This document shows positions 18,646 to 28,156 of a DNA stretch of 64,000 nucleotides, one piece after another. The stretch comes from an uncultured Gammaproteobacteria bacterium (lineage in GTDB: Bacteria > Patescibacteriota > Patescibacteriia > VMEV01 > CAYQCH01), in assembly GCA_964503955.1 (NCBI GenBank), contig CAZDCG010000001.1:109804-173803 (forward strand), in the 5' to 3' direction. The stretch's first letter is position 1, and each line of letters starts with the position of its first letter. The notes under the pieces are model-generated. The model searched no databases. It saw nothing but the letters and a program-made list of their open reading frames with translations, and had not been told where the DNA came from. Both the position numbers and the translations under genes were made by a program.

Positions 18646-19548
18646 CTAAAAAAGCTCGTATCTTCCTCTATTGTGCTTGAGAAAGCCTTCCCTGGTCAAA
18701 CGGGATAGCATGCCCTCAAACCAGCCCCCGTCTTTCGACTCCACATAACTGTGATCTACCAATGGAATAAGCTGTTCTTTTCTCAAAGGGCGTTCCGCAT
18801 TCTTAACCGCCTTCAGGATTCTGCCACGATAGATACGATCCGGATACGTTTTACCGGAGTGAATACGTTCTTTGCCTTTTTGGATGGAACGCTTTGGGAT
18901 AGGCACCTTACCGCCTAAAAAGCGCGGAGCCATTTTGCATGATCTTCTCAAAGGACACCGCGCGCAATCCGGCTCCTTTTTGCAGACCAGAGTCGCGAGG
19001 TCAAAGATCGCCTGCGGAATATCCTGATAGCGCTTTGTGCGGCTCAATATGGCAAGACCTGCCTGTTCAATACGCGCGTCATCCTTTGCGGTTGCAAACG
19101 GCTTTCCCAAAGAAAAACGCCCGATGACCCTGCGAATAATACTGTCGACAGGGAAAACCTTCTCACCTTGCGCAAAAAGTGCCACCGCGGCTGATGTATA
19201 CGGACCAACTCCCTTAAGCGCAAGCCACGCTTCCCTGCTTTTTGGAACACCGTGGTCCGCCACTTGCTTGGCAATATCGCGCAAAGCAAGCGCGCGGCGA
19301 TTATAGCCAAGCCCAGACCAGGCATGGATCACTTGTGCATTAGATGCTTTCGCAAGCACTCTCCAATTTGGAAATGTTTTTAACCACGATCGATAAAAGC
19401 CTCTCACGCGGTCAACCTGGGTCTGCTGCAGCATCATTTCGCTGACAAGAATTTTGTACGGATCGGTTGTTTTCCGCCAAGGCAGATCGCGTTTATATTT
19501 GTCATACCAACGGATCAGCAGGGTTGGCTCGGAGAGCGGCATACTCAC
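18646..19548 (-). CDS. mutY: A/G-specific adenine glycosylase (MutY-like)
   Basis: RDLPWR, SEMMLQQTQV, WSGLGYNRRA, HhH GVGPYT, Fe-S motif C..PDCARCPLRRSC. Confidence 0.9.
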   Translation of the reverse strand: MSMPLSEPTLLIRWYDKYKRDLPWRKTTDPYKILVSEMMLQQTQVDRVRGFYRSWLKTFPNWRVLAKASNAQVIHAWSGLGYNRRALALRDIAKQVADHGVPKSREAWLALKGVGPYTSAAVALFAQGEKVFPVDSIIRRVIGRFSLGKPFATAKDDARIEQAGLAILSRTKRYQDIPQAIFDLATLVCKKEPDCARCPLRRSCKMAPRFLGGKVPIPKRSIQKGKERIHSGKTYPDRIYRGRILKAVKNAERPLRKEQLIPLVDHSYVESKDGGWFEGMLSRLTREGFLKHNRGRYELF

Positions 19549-20618
19549 TTTGAAACGACAATCATGGCTGTCGCCCGCTTTTGAGGCAAAGGAACATAAT
19601 CGCCGGAGGGATAATCCATCAGCGAATCGCGCATAACCTCGTATGAATAGCGGTAATCCTCTCCCTGCCTTGTACCCGGCTCATGCGTGATAAATTCCCC
19701 GGTTGACCAATCAAACCCCGTTACAACGATCATATGGCGAAGCGGACCGCCCGCGGTGAAGTACGGATTTTTCAATGTTCTGCCATTCACGTTCACCACA
19801 ACCAGATTCCCTTTTCTTAATTCCTCTCTGATATCTTTGGGCGAGATATCGTTTACCACGCGGACATTTTGATAATTGAGATATTCTTTAAATAAACGAT
19901 TTGCCGTGTCTTTTGCCGACGTATCGATGAAACTTCCGTACCGTTCTTTTTCCCAGTCGGACATGGCAACGATCTGCTCTCTTGCTGACTCTGGAGAAAG
20001 TGCTTCGCTCTTTGCCCAGGCAACCGCCATGAGAACGGAGGATTCTTCGCATCCTTCTTGCTGGCGCAAATCATCCCATTCTCCAAGCGGCGCTTGCGCG
20101 ACAAAAGGAACCGACTGGCGGGAAATCATCTCAACTCTTCCCCCGTCCTCAATTTCAAGCAATTGCCGACGAGAGATGCCAAGCCCAAAGGATTGCATAA
20201 TCGCAAACGCGTCAGCAGGACGGCCAAGATAGGTGCGTTTGAGTGAAACGGGATCTACATACCACGCTTCCCCATGCGACTGGACCTGCAATAAAATGCG
20301 GCCGGATAATCGCCGTCTCAATGCAAGATCCCCCTCAAATGACTGCTTTGCTTCAGGAATCAGCGCGAGATTGGCATTGTTGATACCAAGTCCCATCACC
20401 CGCATCATGGCAAGCGCGTCTTGCGGGCGGCCAAGGTAATAACGCTCAAGCGTGAGTGGATGTACATACCAGGCTTCTCCGTTTTGTTCAACGTTAAGCA
20501 AAATCCTACCCGCAACAGAGGCTGCCATATCATTGGCGGCATAGGCTGAAAAGATCATTCCGCTTGAAAAGAGAATTGCGGCCACGGCGAGGAGGAGAAA
20601 AAAAATCTGTTTCATCAT
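19545..20618 (-). CDS. Secreted C39-like peptidase with two N-terminal repeats
   Basis: Signal peptide; GRILL.V...GEAWYV repeated twice; QAP..GCEESS catalytic Cys, HMIVVTG, HEPG. Confidence 0.8.
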   Translation of the reverse strand: MMKQIFFLLLAVAAILFSSGMIFSAYAANDMAASVAGRILLNVEQNGEAWYVHPLTLERYYLGRPQDALAMMRVMGLGINNANLALIPEAKQSFEGDLALRRRLSGRILLQVQSHGEAWYVDPVSLKRTYLGRPADAFAIMQSFGLGISRRQLLEIEDGGRVEMISRQSVPFVAQAPLGEWDDLRQQEGCEESSVLMAVAWAKSEALSPESAREQIVAMSDWEKERYGSFIDTSAKDTANRLFKEYLNYQNVRVVNDISPKDIREELRKGNLVVVNVNGRTLKNPYFTAGGPLRHMIVVTGFDWSTGEFITHEPGTRQGEDYRYSYEVMRDSLMDYPSGDYVPLPQKRATAMIVVSK

Positions 20619-20666
20619 ATTCAGCCATTGTAACACAGCCGCCCCGCCGGCTTTCTTCCACACCCC

Positions 20667-21053
20667 TTACGCGAAAAATCCCTGCATGGTTAAATATGCG
20701 CCGACCAACAAAGAAGAAACAACGGAGACATAGTAGAAATTTCTATTGATATATTTTTTGAACAAGCTATACATCTGGTCAGGAAAAGCAAGATACGCCG
20801 CCCCTTCAAGCACAGCTCCCCATCCGAGAAGAGAGATAATGACCTCAAGCGGTGTATCCCATTCGTGATGCAGCAAAACAATCACAAGCCCCAAAGCAAA
20901 GATGAAAGCTCCCGCAACAAAGAGCAGCGCATCGTTCTTATAAAAATGTTTGAAGGCTTTACGATAATGCGCGCGTTGCAGCGCCATCGTGATACCGACA
21001 AAGAGGCCAAGTGTTCCAAATAATTGCGCGAAGAACATGGTGAAAGGATTCAT
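20667..21053 (-). CDS. Small 4-TM membrane protein
   Basis: Hydrophobic ORF with HHEW...ISLLGW..LEG pattern. Confidence 0.75.
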   Translation of the reverse strand: MNPFTMFFAQLFGTLGLFVGITMALQRAHYRKAFKHFYKNDALLFVAGAFIFALGLVIVLLHHEWDTPLEVIISLLGWGAVLEGAAYLAFPDQMYSLFKKYINRNFYYVSVVSSLLVGAYLTMQGFFA

Positions 21054-21118
21054 AGAGGATTGTTAATGTTTGTTTTGATTCATTTTAGCCTGATATCGTG
21101 GAAAATACGAGATCCGAA

Positions 21119-21193
21119 CAAGAACCCCCTTTCCAACTTTTATTTTCATGCACGCTTTATGTAGTCCCGCTTTTCTAGGGGGAAGAAGTTCGT
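21119..21193 (+). repeat. ~75-nt dispersed repeat, copy 2
   Basis: Matches the reverse complement of 13397-13470. Confidence 0.8.
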
Positions 21194-21263
21194 CTATTTA
21201 GCGTACGAAGGGACCGCCTTAGCTGAATCAGCCGAAGCGGTAACGGGCAGCCCCCTGACACTC

Positions 21264-21329
21264 TTGCCAAAATCGCTATTTTCTGTTAAAGTCTGGCCAA
21301 GCAAAAACTAATTTGAGAAAGGTTCTCAA
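21264..21329 (+). promoter_or_regulatory. suf promoter with a downstream Fur-box-like operator
   Basis: TTGCCA-17-TAAAGT; TTGAGAA-AGG-TTCTCAA palindrome at 21313-21329. Confidence 0.6.
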
Positions 21330-21339
21330 TTTTACGAAA

Positions 21340-22782
21340 ATGGCGAAAAATAAGGCCTTAAACGAAATTGTCGCTGAAGACTATAAATACGGGTTTAGCT
21401 CGGATATTGAAACCGACTATGCCCCCAAAGGACTCAGCGAAGACATTATCCGGCTGACTTCAAAGAAGAAGAATGAGCCTGATTTCATGCTGGAATTCCG
21501 CCTGAAAGCCTATCGCCATTGGCTGACCATGAAAGAGCCTGCTTGGCAGAATGTGTCCTACCCTCCCATCAACTACCAGGACATCATCTACTACGCGGCT
21601 CCCAAGAAAAAGAAGGAGCTAAAAAGCCTTGACGAAGTTGATCCTGAAATCCGCCGGACATTTGAGAAGCTTGGCATTCCAATTGACGAACAAAAGAAAC
21701 TGAGCGGCGTGGCTGTTGACGCGGTGCTAGACAGCGTGTCGGTTGTTACAACCTTTAAGAAAAAGCTAGAGGAACACGGAGTGATTTTCTGCCCGATCAG
21801 CGAAGCGATTCAGAAATACCCGGAGCTTGTGAAAAAGTATCTGGGCACCGTTGTCCCCTATCATGATCATTTTTTCGCGGCACTCAACTCGGCCGTTTTT
21901 ACCGACGGTTCATTTGTGTATATTCCAAAAGGCGTGCATTGCCCGATGGAACTTTCAACATACTTTCGCATCAACGCGCAAAATACCGGCCAGTTTGAAC
22001 GCACGTTGATTATCGCCGAAGAAGATTCCTACGTTTCGTATCTTGAAGGCTGCACCGCACCTCAGCGCGACGAAAATCAGCTGCACGCGGCCATTGTAGA
22101 AATTATCGCTCTTGACAATGCGGAAGTAAAATACTCAACCGTACAGAACTGGTATCCAGGCGACAAAGACGGCAAAGGCGGCATTTACAATTTCGTGACC
22201 AAGCGCGGACTTTGCTACGGCGATGATTCAAAAATTTCCTGGACGCAGGTGGAAACAGGTTCCGCGATTACTTGGAAATACCCAAGCTGCATTTTGCGGG
22301 GCAATAATTCCATCGGAGAATTTTTTTCCATCGCTCTGACGAACCACAAGCAACAGGCCGACACCGGTTCAAAAATGATTCATATCGGAAAGAACACCAA
22401 GAGCAGCATCATTTCCAAGGCCATCACCGCCGGACAAAGCAAGAATACGTATCGAGGCCTGGTGAAAATGTCTAAACGTGCGGAGGGCGCGAGAAACTAC
22501 ACCCAATGCGACTCCCTGCTGATCGGACATGAAGCCAAAGCCGATACGTTCCCGTACATGGACATGAAAAACAGCAAGACGACCGTTGAACATGAAGCAA
22601 CTACCTCGCGCATCAGCGAAGATCAGCTCTTCTACCTGCAACAGCGCGGCATGACACCCGAGCAAGCGGCCGGCATGATCGTGAACGGCTATTGCCGCGA
22701 AGTGCTCGACCAGCTCCCGCTTGAATTCGCCGCCGAAGCGCATAAACTCCTCGAATTAAAACTTGAAGGCACAATCGGATAA
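21340..22782 (+). CDS. sufB: Fe-S assembly protein SufB
   Basis: [33 protein letters not shown]. Confidence 0.97.
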   Translation: MAKNKALNEIVAEDYKYGFSSDIETDYAPKGLSEDIIRLTSKKKNEPDFMLEFRLKAYRHWLTMKEPAWQNVSYPPINYQDIIYYAAPKKKKELKSLDEVDPEIRRTFEKLGIPIDEQKKLSGVAVDAVLDSVSVVTTFKKKLEEHGVIFCPISEAIQKYPELVKKYLGTVVPYHDHFFAALNSAVFTDGSFVYIPKGVHCPMELSTYFRINAQNTGQFERTLIIAEEDSYVSYLEGCTAPQRDENQLHAAIVEIIALDNAEVKYSTVQNWYPGDKDGKGGIYNFVTKRGLCYGDDSKISWTQVETGSAITWKYPSCILRGNNSIGEFFSIALTNHKQQADTGSKMIHIGKNTKSSIISKAITAGQSKNTYRGLVKMSKRAEGARNYTQCDSLLIGHEAKADTFPYMDMKNSKTTVEHEATTSRISEDQLFYLQQRGMTPEQAAGMIVNGYCREVLDQLPLEFAAEAHKLLELKLEGTIG

Positions 22783-22830
22783 CCGCCGCCCGCTTCTCCC
22801 CTCCCTGCCCAGGAAGGGGCTGCAATCAAT

Positions 22831-23598
22831 ATGCTCACTATCAACAATCTTCACGCAAATAAAGACGGCAAAGAAATCCTGAAAGGGATCAACCTTGAAA
22901 TTGGCGCGGGCGAAATCCATGCCATTATGGGACCAAACGGCTCAGGTAAAAGTACGCTTGCTTCGCTGATCACCGGCATGGAAGGCTATGACATCACGCA
23001 AGGAGAGATCCTCTTTGAAGGAAAAAACTTGCTTGACATCTCCGCGCAGGACCGCGCGCATGCGGGCATCTTTTTAGCCTTTCAGCATCCCGTTGAGATC
23101 CCCGGTATCAATAATGAAACGTTTTTGCGCACGATCGTGAATGAACAGCGAAAAATGCAGGGACTTGAGCCGCTCGATATCATGGCATTCAAAAAAGTAT
23201 TGAAGGAAAAAGCCGGTCTTGTGGGACTAAGAGAATCGTTTTTGAAACGCTCGCTCAATGAGGGATTTTCAGGCGGAGAAAAGAAGCGCAATGAAATGCT
23301 GCAAATGTCTTTGCTTGAGCCAAAACTGAAAGTGCTTGATGAAATCGATTCGGGTCTTGATATTGACGCGCTGCAAGCGGTGGCGCAAAGCATCAAGCGC
23401 TTGCATTCCAAAGACTCTTCAACCCTTGTCATCACGCACTATCAGCGTATTTTAGAGCATCTGGATGTGGATTTTGTGCATGTGCTGGCAGATGGCAAAA
23501 TCATCAAATCCGGCGGCAAGGAACTTGCGCAGGAATTGGAAGAAAAAGGCTATGACTGGCTGCTGCCAAAAGCACCTTTGCGCGTCATGAATAAGTAA
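22831..23598 (+). CDS. sufC: Fe-S assembly ATPase SufC
   Basis: GPNGSGKST, FSGGEKKRNE, DEIDSGLDID, ITHYQR. Confidence 0.97.
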   Translation: MLTINNLHANKDGKEILKGINLEIGAGEIHAIMGPNGSGKSTLASLITGMEGYDITQGEILFEGKNLLDISAQDRAHAGIFLAFQHPVEIPGINNETFLRTIVNEQRKMQGLEPLDIMAFKKVLKEKAGLVGLRESFLKRSLNEGFSGGEKKRNEMLQMSLLEPKLKVLDEIDSGLDIDALQAVAQSIKRLHSKDSSTLVITHYQRILEHLDVDFVHVLADGKIIKSGGKELAQELEEKGYDWLLPKAPLRVMNK

Positions 23599-23602
23599 AA
23601 AT

Positions 23603-24376
23603 ATGAAACCTGAGCAATTTGATGGAATCATTCTTCAAGAGTCTACCATTCGCGTCACAGAGGATACGAAGCAGCCTCTGATTCTTGCTCATGGTGGAAA
23701 AATGACCGTGCACGTGCTTTCCGGCATTGAATGCGAATTGATCCAATTGGCACCAGCCGAGCTTGAAATCAATCTTGGCTGCCAGGCGCGGTTAACGCAT
23801 TACGCGGCGCAAGGAGGATCCGTCAAAGTCACACAGCAGCAGGATTCGTCCTATTCCGCCGTTCTTGTAAATACCAACACCCCCATGTCTCAGGATCTGG
23901 AAGTGAAACTGCAGGAAGAAGGAAGCGAGGCTGATATCATCGGTCTGCTGACAGCAGACGGAACAGACAAAGTGCGCCAGCAGATTCGCATTGAGCATGC
24001 CGCTTCTCATACCCGCAGCAATCAATACGTCAAAAGCATTGCCAATGAACGCGGAGAAATCACCATGCACGCCCGCATTGTGGTGAACAAAAACGTCAAA
24101 CAGGTACAGGCAACCCAGCTGAATAAAAATATGCTCCTTTCAGATCAGGCGCTTGTACACGCGGAGCCGTGGCTTGAAATCGATTCAGACGATGTTCAGG
24201 TGGCGCATGGTTCGGCCACGGGCCAACTTGACCAGGAACAGCTTGCCTATCTGACAAGCCGCGGTATTGAAACCGAACAGGCGCAAACCATGCTTAAGCA
24301 GGCTTTTATTATCGAGCTGGCTGAGCTGATCGCCAATGATCGCTTCAGATCCCTTGTTCTGGAACAAACTGTATGA
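23603..24376 (+). CDS. sufD: Fe-S assembly protein SufD (short)
   Basis: PWLEIDSDDVQVAHGSATG, YLTSRGI; operon position. Confidence 0.9.
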   Translation: MKPEQFDGIILQESTIRVTEDTKQPLILAHGGKMTVHVLSGIECELIQLAPAELEINLGCQARLTHYAAQGGSVKVTQQQDSSYSAVLVNTNTPMSQDLEVKLQEEGSEADIIGLLTADGTDKVRQQIRIEHAASHTRSNQYVKSIANERGEITMHARIVVNKNVKQVQATQLNKNMLLSDQALVHAEPWLEIDSDDVQVAHGSATGQLDQEQLAYLTSRGIETEQAQTMLKQAFIIELAELIANDRFRSLVLEQTV

Positions 24377-25575
24377 AACAAGATGACGTAAAAAATGATT
24401 TTCCCCTTTTTCAAAACGAGCCAAACCTCGTGTACCTTGACAGTGCGGCAACAGCGCAGAAACCGCAGGTTGTTCTTGATGCCATGAACGCGTTTTATAC
24501 GCGCGACAATGCAAATATACACCGCGGAGTGTATCAGCTCAGCCAGCGTGCAACGCATGCTTACGAAATAGCCCGCAGCAAAGTCGCCAAACTGATCAAT
24601 GCGAATACCAATGAAATGATTTTTGTGCGCTCCACCACGGAAGCAATTAATCTTGTAGCTTCCTCTTTTGGCCAAGAGTATGTCCATGAAGGCGATGAAA
24701 TCCTGATCAGCGGGATGGAACATCATGCCAATCTTGTGCCCTGGCAGCTGCTCGCCGCCAGCAAAAAGGCAAGGCTCTGCGTCATCCCGATTCAAGACGA
24801 CGGATCCATCAGCCTTGAAGACGTAAAACGATCGCTTTCAGACAAAACCAAATTGCTTGCGATCACGCATGTTTCAAATACGCTGGGGACCATCAACCCG
24901 GTAAAAGATATCATCCGCCTGGCGCATGAAAAAGGCATTCCGGTTCTTATTGACGGCGCGCAAGCCGTGCCGCATATGCGCGTGGATATTAAAGACCTCG
25001 ACGCGGATTTTTATGCCTTTTCAGGGCACAAAATGTACGGCCCGACCGGTATTGGCGCGCTATACATGAAAGAACAATGGATGGAAACTCTGCCTCCGTA
25101 TCAAAGCGGCGGAGATATGATTGAGTCGGTTACCTTTGAATCAACAACCTTTGCCAAAGGCCCGCAAAAATTTGAAGCCGGCACACCCGCTATTGCCGGA
25201 GCGATCGGGCTTGGCGCGGCTGCGGATTATCTCATGCGGCTTGGATTAAACAATATCGCGTCCCATGAACAGGCATTAACCGCGTACGCCAAGCAGGAAC
25301 TTTCTAATATCCCCGGTCTGCGCTTCATCGGCAATGCGCCAAAGCAAGCAGGAATTATCTCTTTTGTCATTGAAGGCATCCATCCGCATGATATCGGCAC
25401 CATTCTTGATCAGCATCAGATCGCCATTCGTACAGGACATCACTGCACGCAGCCGCTGATGGAGCGATTCAATGTACCGGCCACATCCCGCTTCTCATTT
25501 GGTGTTTACAATATGATGGAAGATATCGATAAGGCAGTGGACGCACTGAAAGAAGCCATCAAGCTCCTTGGCTAA
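24373..25575 (+). CDS. sufS: Cysteine desulfurase SufS
   Basis: YLDSAATAQKP, SGHKMYGPTGIG, RTGHHCTQP. Confidence 0.97.
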   Translation: MKQDDVKNDFPLFQNEPNLVYLDSAATAQKPQVVLDAMNAFYTRDNANIHRGVYQLSQRATHAYEIARSKVAKLINANTNEMIFVRSTTEAINLVASSFGQEYVHEGDEILISGMEHHANLVPWQLLAASKKARLCVIPIQDDGSISLEDVKRSLSDKTKLLAITHVSNTLGTINPVKDIIRLAHEKGIPVLIDGAQAVPHMRVDIKDLDADFYAFSGHKMYGPTGIGALYMKEQWMETLPPYQSGGDMIESVTFESTTFAKGPQKFEAGTPAIAGAIGLGAAADYLMRLGLNNIASHEQALTAYAKQELSNIPGLRFIGNAPKQAGIISFVIEGIHPHDIGTILDQHQIAIRTGHHCTQPLMERFNVPATSRFSFGVYNMMEDIDKAVDALKEAIKLLG

Positions 25576-25590
25576 CTGCCCTGCCACACC

Positions 25591-25620
25591 TTAACCCGTG
25601 AACACATTAACTCGTTAACC
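25591..25620 (+). repeat. Family B solo arm abutting the sufU start
   Basis: TTAACCCGTGAACACATTAACTCGTTAACC-ATG. Confidence 0.75.
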
Positions 25621-26052
25621 ATGCTTGCTGATCTATATAAAGAACTTGTCCTTGAACACAATAAAAACCCGCGGAACAAGCGGAAGCTTTCTGCTGCCTC
25701 GCATACAGCCGAGGGATACAATCCGCTTTGCGGAGATCATCTCTGGGTGGAAATGCACATCAAAGATGATCAGATTGATGAAATCGCCTTTCAGGGAGAA
25801 GGCTGCGCGCTCTCAACCGCGTCGGCATCTATCATGACAACCTATTTGCAAAAAAAATCGGCAAGTGAAGCAGAAGCTAGCTGCAAACAAGTCACCAATG
25901 CATTTACGGGAGAAGGAACCTTGCCCGAAGAGCTTGAAGCGCTCTCAGGAGTGAATGCCTTTCCCATGCGGGTTAAATGCGTAACTTTGCCATGGCATAC
26001 AGCCAAGGCCGCATTGAACAAATCCCAGCAACCCGTGAAAACGGAAGAATAA
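25621..26052 (+). CDS. sufU: SufU sulfur-transfer protein
   Basis: NPLCGD, GCALSTAS, RVKCVTLPW. Confidence 0.94.
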   Translation: MLADLYKELVLEHNKNPRNKRKLSAASHTAEGYNPLCGDHLWVEMHIKDDQIDEIAFQGEGCALSTASASIMTTYLQKKSASEAEASCKQVTNAFTGEGTLPEELEALSGVNAFPMRVKCVTLPWHTAKAALNKSQQPVKTEE

Positions 26053-26161
26053 CCTTTTTACCTCATCCTTATCCTTTGCCTAACAGAGCCGAGGCAAGCA
26101 AAAAGAGGAGAATTGACACCCCTTTCTTTGAGCGGTAAGGTCCGTGCCACTGGAGGACATC

Positions 26162-27013
26162 GTGCATGAGATCACCCTTATCGGGGAAGCCGGCGGCATG
26201 CGTAATGCATTTGCTTCCGGCCTTAAAAATGGATTTATCCAAAAAGGGCTGCACCCTGACATGATCAGCCGCGCCTATGGCTGCTCATCGGCAGTTCCGC
26301 AGCTCGCCTACTTCCTTACCGGCGATTGCGCGCAGACGCGCCGGATCTGGCTGAGGCTTACGGATCGAGCGCTTCTCAATCCGCGGCGAGTTTTCAGCGC
26401 CAAGCACGTGGGCGATATTGACCGGCTGGTCGACCATCACTGCGCGACCCTGAAGATACCCAAGCTTGACGAGGTGCGCCTCTTCGCCGTCCTGGCACAT
26501 CACAAATCCGCCGAGCCGCATTACCTGCGCGTGACCAGCACGAACGCACGCGAGGTACTGAAAGCGGGCTGCGTGGTCCCCACGCTTGGCCGTCCAATCT
26601 ATGTCAGCGGAGAACGCTACATTGACGGAGGGGTTCTAGACCCGCTCCCCGTCATTCACGCTTATAAAGAGGGCGCGCGCAGGATCATCGTTATCAGCAA
26701 CCGGCCGGCAGGCTATGCGCCTCGAGGAGCCATAAGAGAGCTGATCCTTCCCTGGCTGCTGTTTTGCAACCACCCAAAGCTGCTTGCGCGCTTCTCCCGC
26801 CTTTGGGAACACTACAATCAAACCATCGAGTTCATGAAGCGGCCTCCAGCCGATCTCGACCTGCTTGTGATACGGCCCGACCACCCGCTTCCACCCATGC
26901 TCACACGCAATCCGCGGCTCGTCCGCCAGGCCTACAACGCAGGCCGGCAGATCGCAAGCCGAGAATGGCCGAGAGTGGAGCAATTCCTCTCGCCGAAAAA
27001 GAGCCCCGCCTGA
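26162..27013 (+). CDS. Patatin-like phospholipase
   Basis: GGMRNAF, GCSSA nucleophile elbow, DGG; own TTGACA-17-TAAGGT promoter at 26113; SD GGAGG before GTG 26162. Confidence 0.85.
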   Translation: MHEITLIGEAGGMRNAFASGLKNGFIQKGLHPDMISRAYGCSSAVPQLAYFLTGDCAQTRRIWLRLTDRALLNPRRVFSAKHVGDIDRLVDHHCATLKIPKLDEVRLFAVLAHHKSAEPHYLRVTSTNAREVLKAGCVVPTLGRPIYVSGERYIDGGVLDPLPVIHAYKEGARRIIVISNRPAGYAPRGAIRELILPWLLFCNHPKLLARFSRLWEHYNQTIEFMKRPPADLDLLVIRPDHPLPPMLTRNPRLVRQAYNAGRQIASREWPRVEQFLSPKKSPA

Positions 27014-27029
27014 CGGCCCGGGGCTCTTT
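26998..27029 (+). terminator. Terminator after the patatin gene
   Basis: AAAGAGCCCC...GGGGCTCTTT. Confidence 0.65.
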
Positions 27030-27124
27030 GATTTTGTACACAAGATATGACAAACCGCCCTGCGAAAACAGAAAAGAAGCTCTCGGCGTATGCTATACTG
27101 TAAGCGGCCGGGAAGAGGTCAACT

Positions 27125-28156
27125 ATGGAAGGCAATTACTCAGCATGGGATATCAATATCCCGGATTTTTATGGTTTGGAACACGATCGCGACAAGCGTT
27201 TGTTCCTGATCCGTTTTGCTGTTCTCGCCCCCTCAAGTCATAATAGCCAGCCTTGGAAATTTCGTGTTTCCGATCAGACAATCGAAATCCGCCCTGAATC
27301 AAGCCGAGCCCTGCCGGACAGCGACGCAGACAACCGGCAGCTATTTATCAGCCTCGGATGCGCCATGGCCAATCTCCTCATTGCAGCTGAGCATTATGGA
27401 TATGCAACTGAAACTTTCATACAAGAGGCGGGGGCAGCTAGTTTCATACAAATCACCTTGCAACAACAAGACGACCGCCATTCGCGCGCATCGCAGCTGG
27501 AGCTGATCTACGCAATCTCTGAGCGCGTCACAAGCCGCGATAAATTCACGGAAACGATCATACCGGATTCGCTGCAGCGGTTCTTGCAAACAGCCAAAGA
27601 ACAGGATCTTTCCATCTTTTTAATCGATGAGCAAAACGTCAAGGAACAGATCGCGGATTGCGTCATGCGGGCGACCGATCAAGCCATGGCAGATAAACAA
27701 TTCCGTACCGAGCTTTCTCAATACGTTAAACCCAATACGACGAAGGATTTTCTCGGAATGCCTGCTTTTGGGATGGGCATTCCCACCCCTCTGTCACTGA
27801 TAGCCCCTCGAATCATCAAACATTTCGATGTAGGCAAACTCTCCCGCAAAACGGAAATGAATCTGCTGAAATCACATACGCCGTTTATGGGGATCATTGC
27901 CTCTGAGCAGGATACGCCAAAGGCATGGATCAAAACCGGAGCATTCTATCAGCAAATAGCACTGCGGGCGCATGCAAACGGGCTCGCCACGCACCCGCTG
28001 GCCGCGGCCATTCAAATTGGCGACCACTATAAAAATCTGCAGACAATTCTTCAGACAACCGCGCGCCCGCAATTCTTCTTCAGGCTTGGTATTGCCAAAT
28101 CCTTCCCCCATCACAGCCCGCGCATACCCGCAAAGGATGTAATCGAATCCGTATGA
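27125..28156 (+). CDS. Acg-family FMN-binding nitroreductase-like protein
   Basis: LAPSSHNSQPWKF, RQLFISLGCA, R.TSR, FRLG motifs. Confidence 0.88.
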   Translation: MEGNYSAWDINIPDFYGLEHDRDKRLFLIRFAVLAPSSHNSQPWKFRVSDQTIEIRPESSRALPDSDADNRQLFISLGCAMANLLIAAEHYGYATETFIQEAGAASFIQITLQQQDDRHSRASQLELIYAISERVTSRDKFTETIIPDSLQRFLQTAKEQDLSIFLIDEQNVKEQIADCVMRATDQAMADKQFRTELSQYVKPNTTKDFLGMPAFGMGIPTPLSLIAPRIIKHFDVGKLSRKTEMNLLKSHTPFMGIIASEQDTPKAWIKTGAFYQQIALRAHANGLATHPLAAAIQIGDHYKNLQTILQTTARPQFFFRLGIAKSFPHHSPRIPAKDVIESV

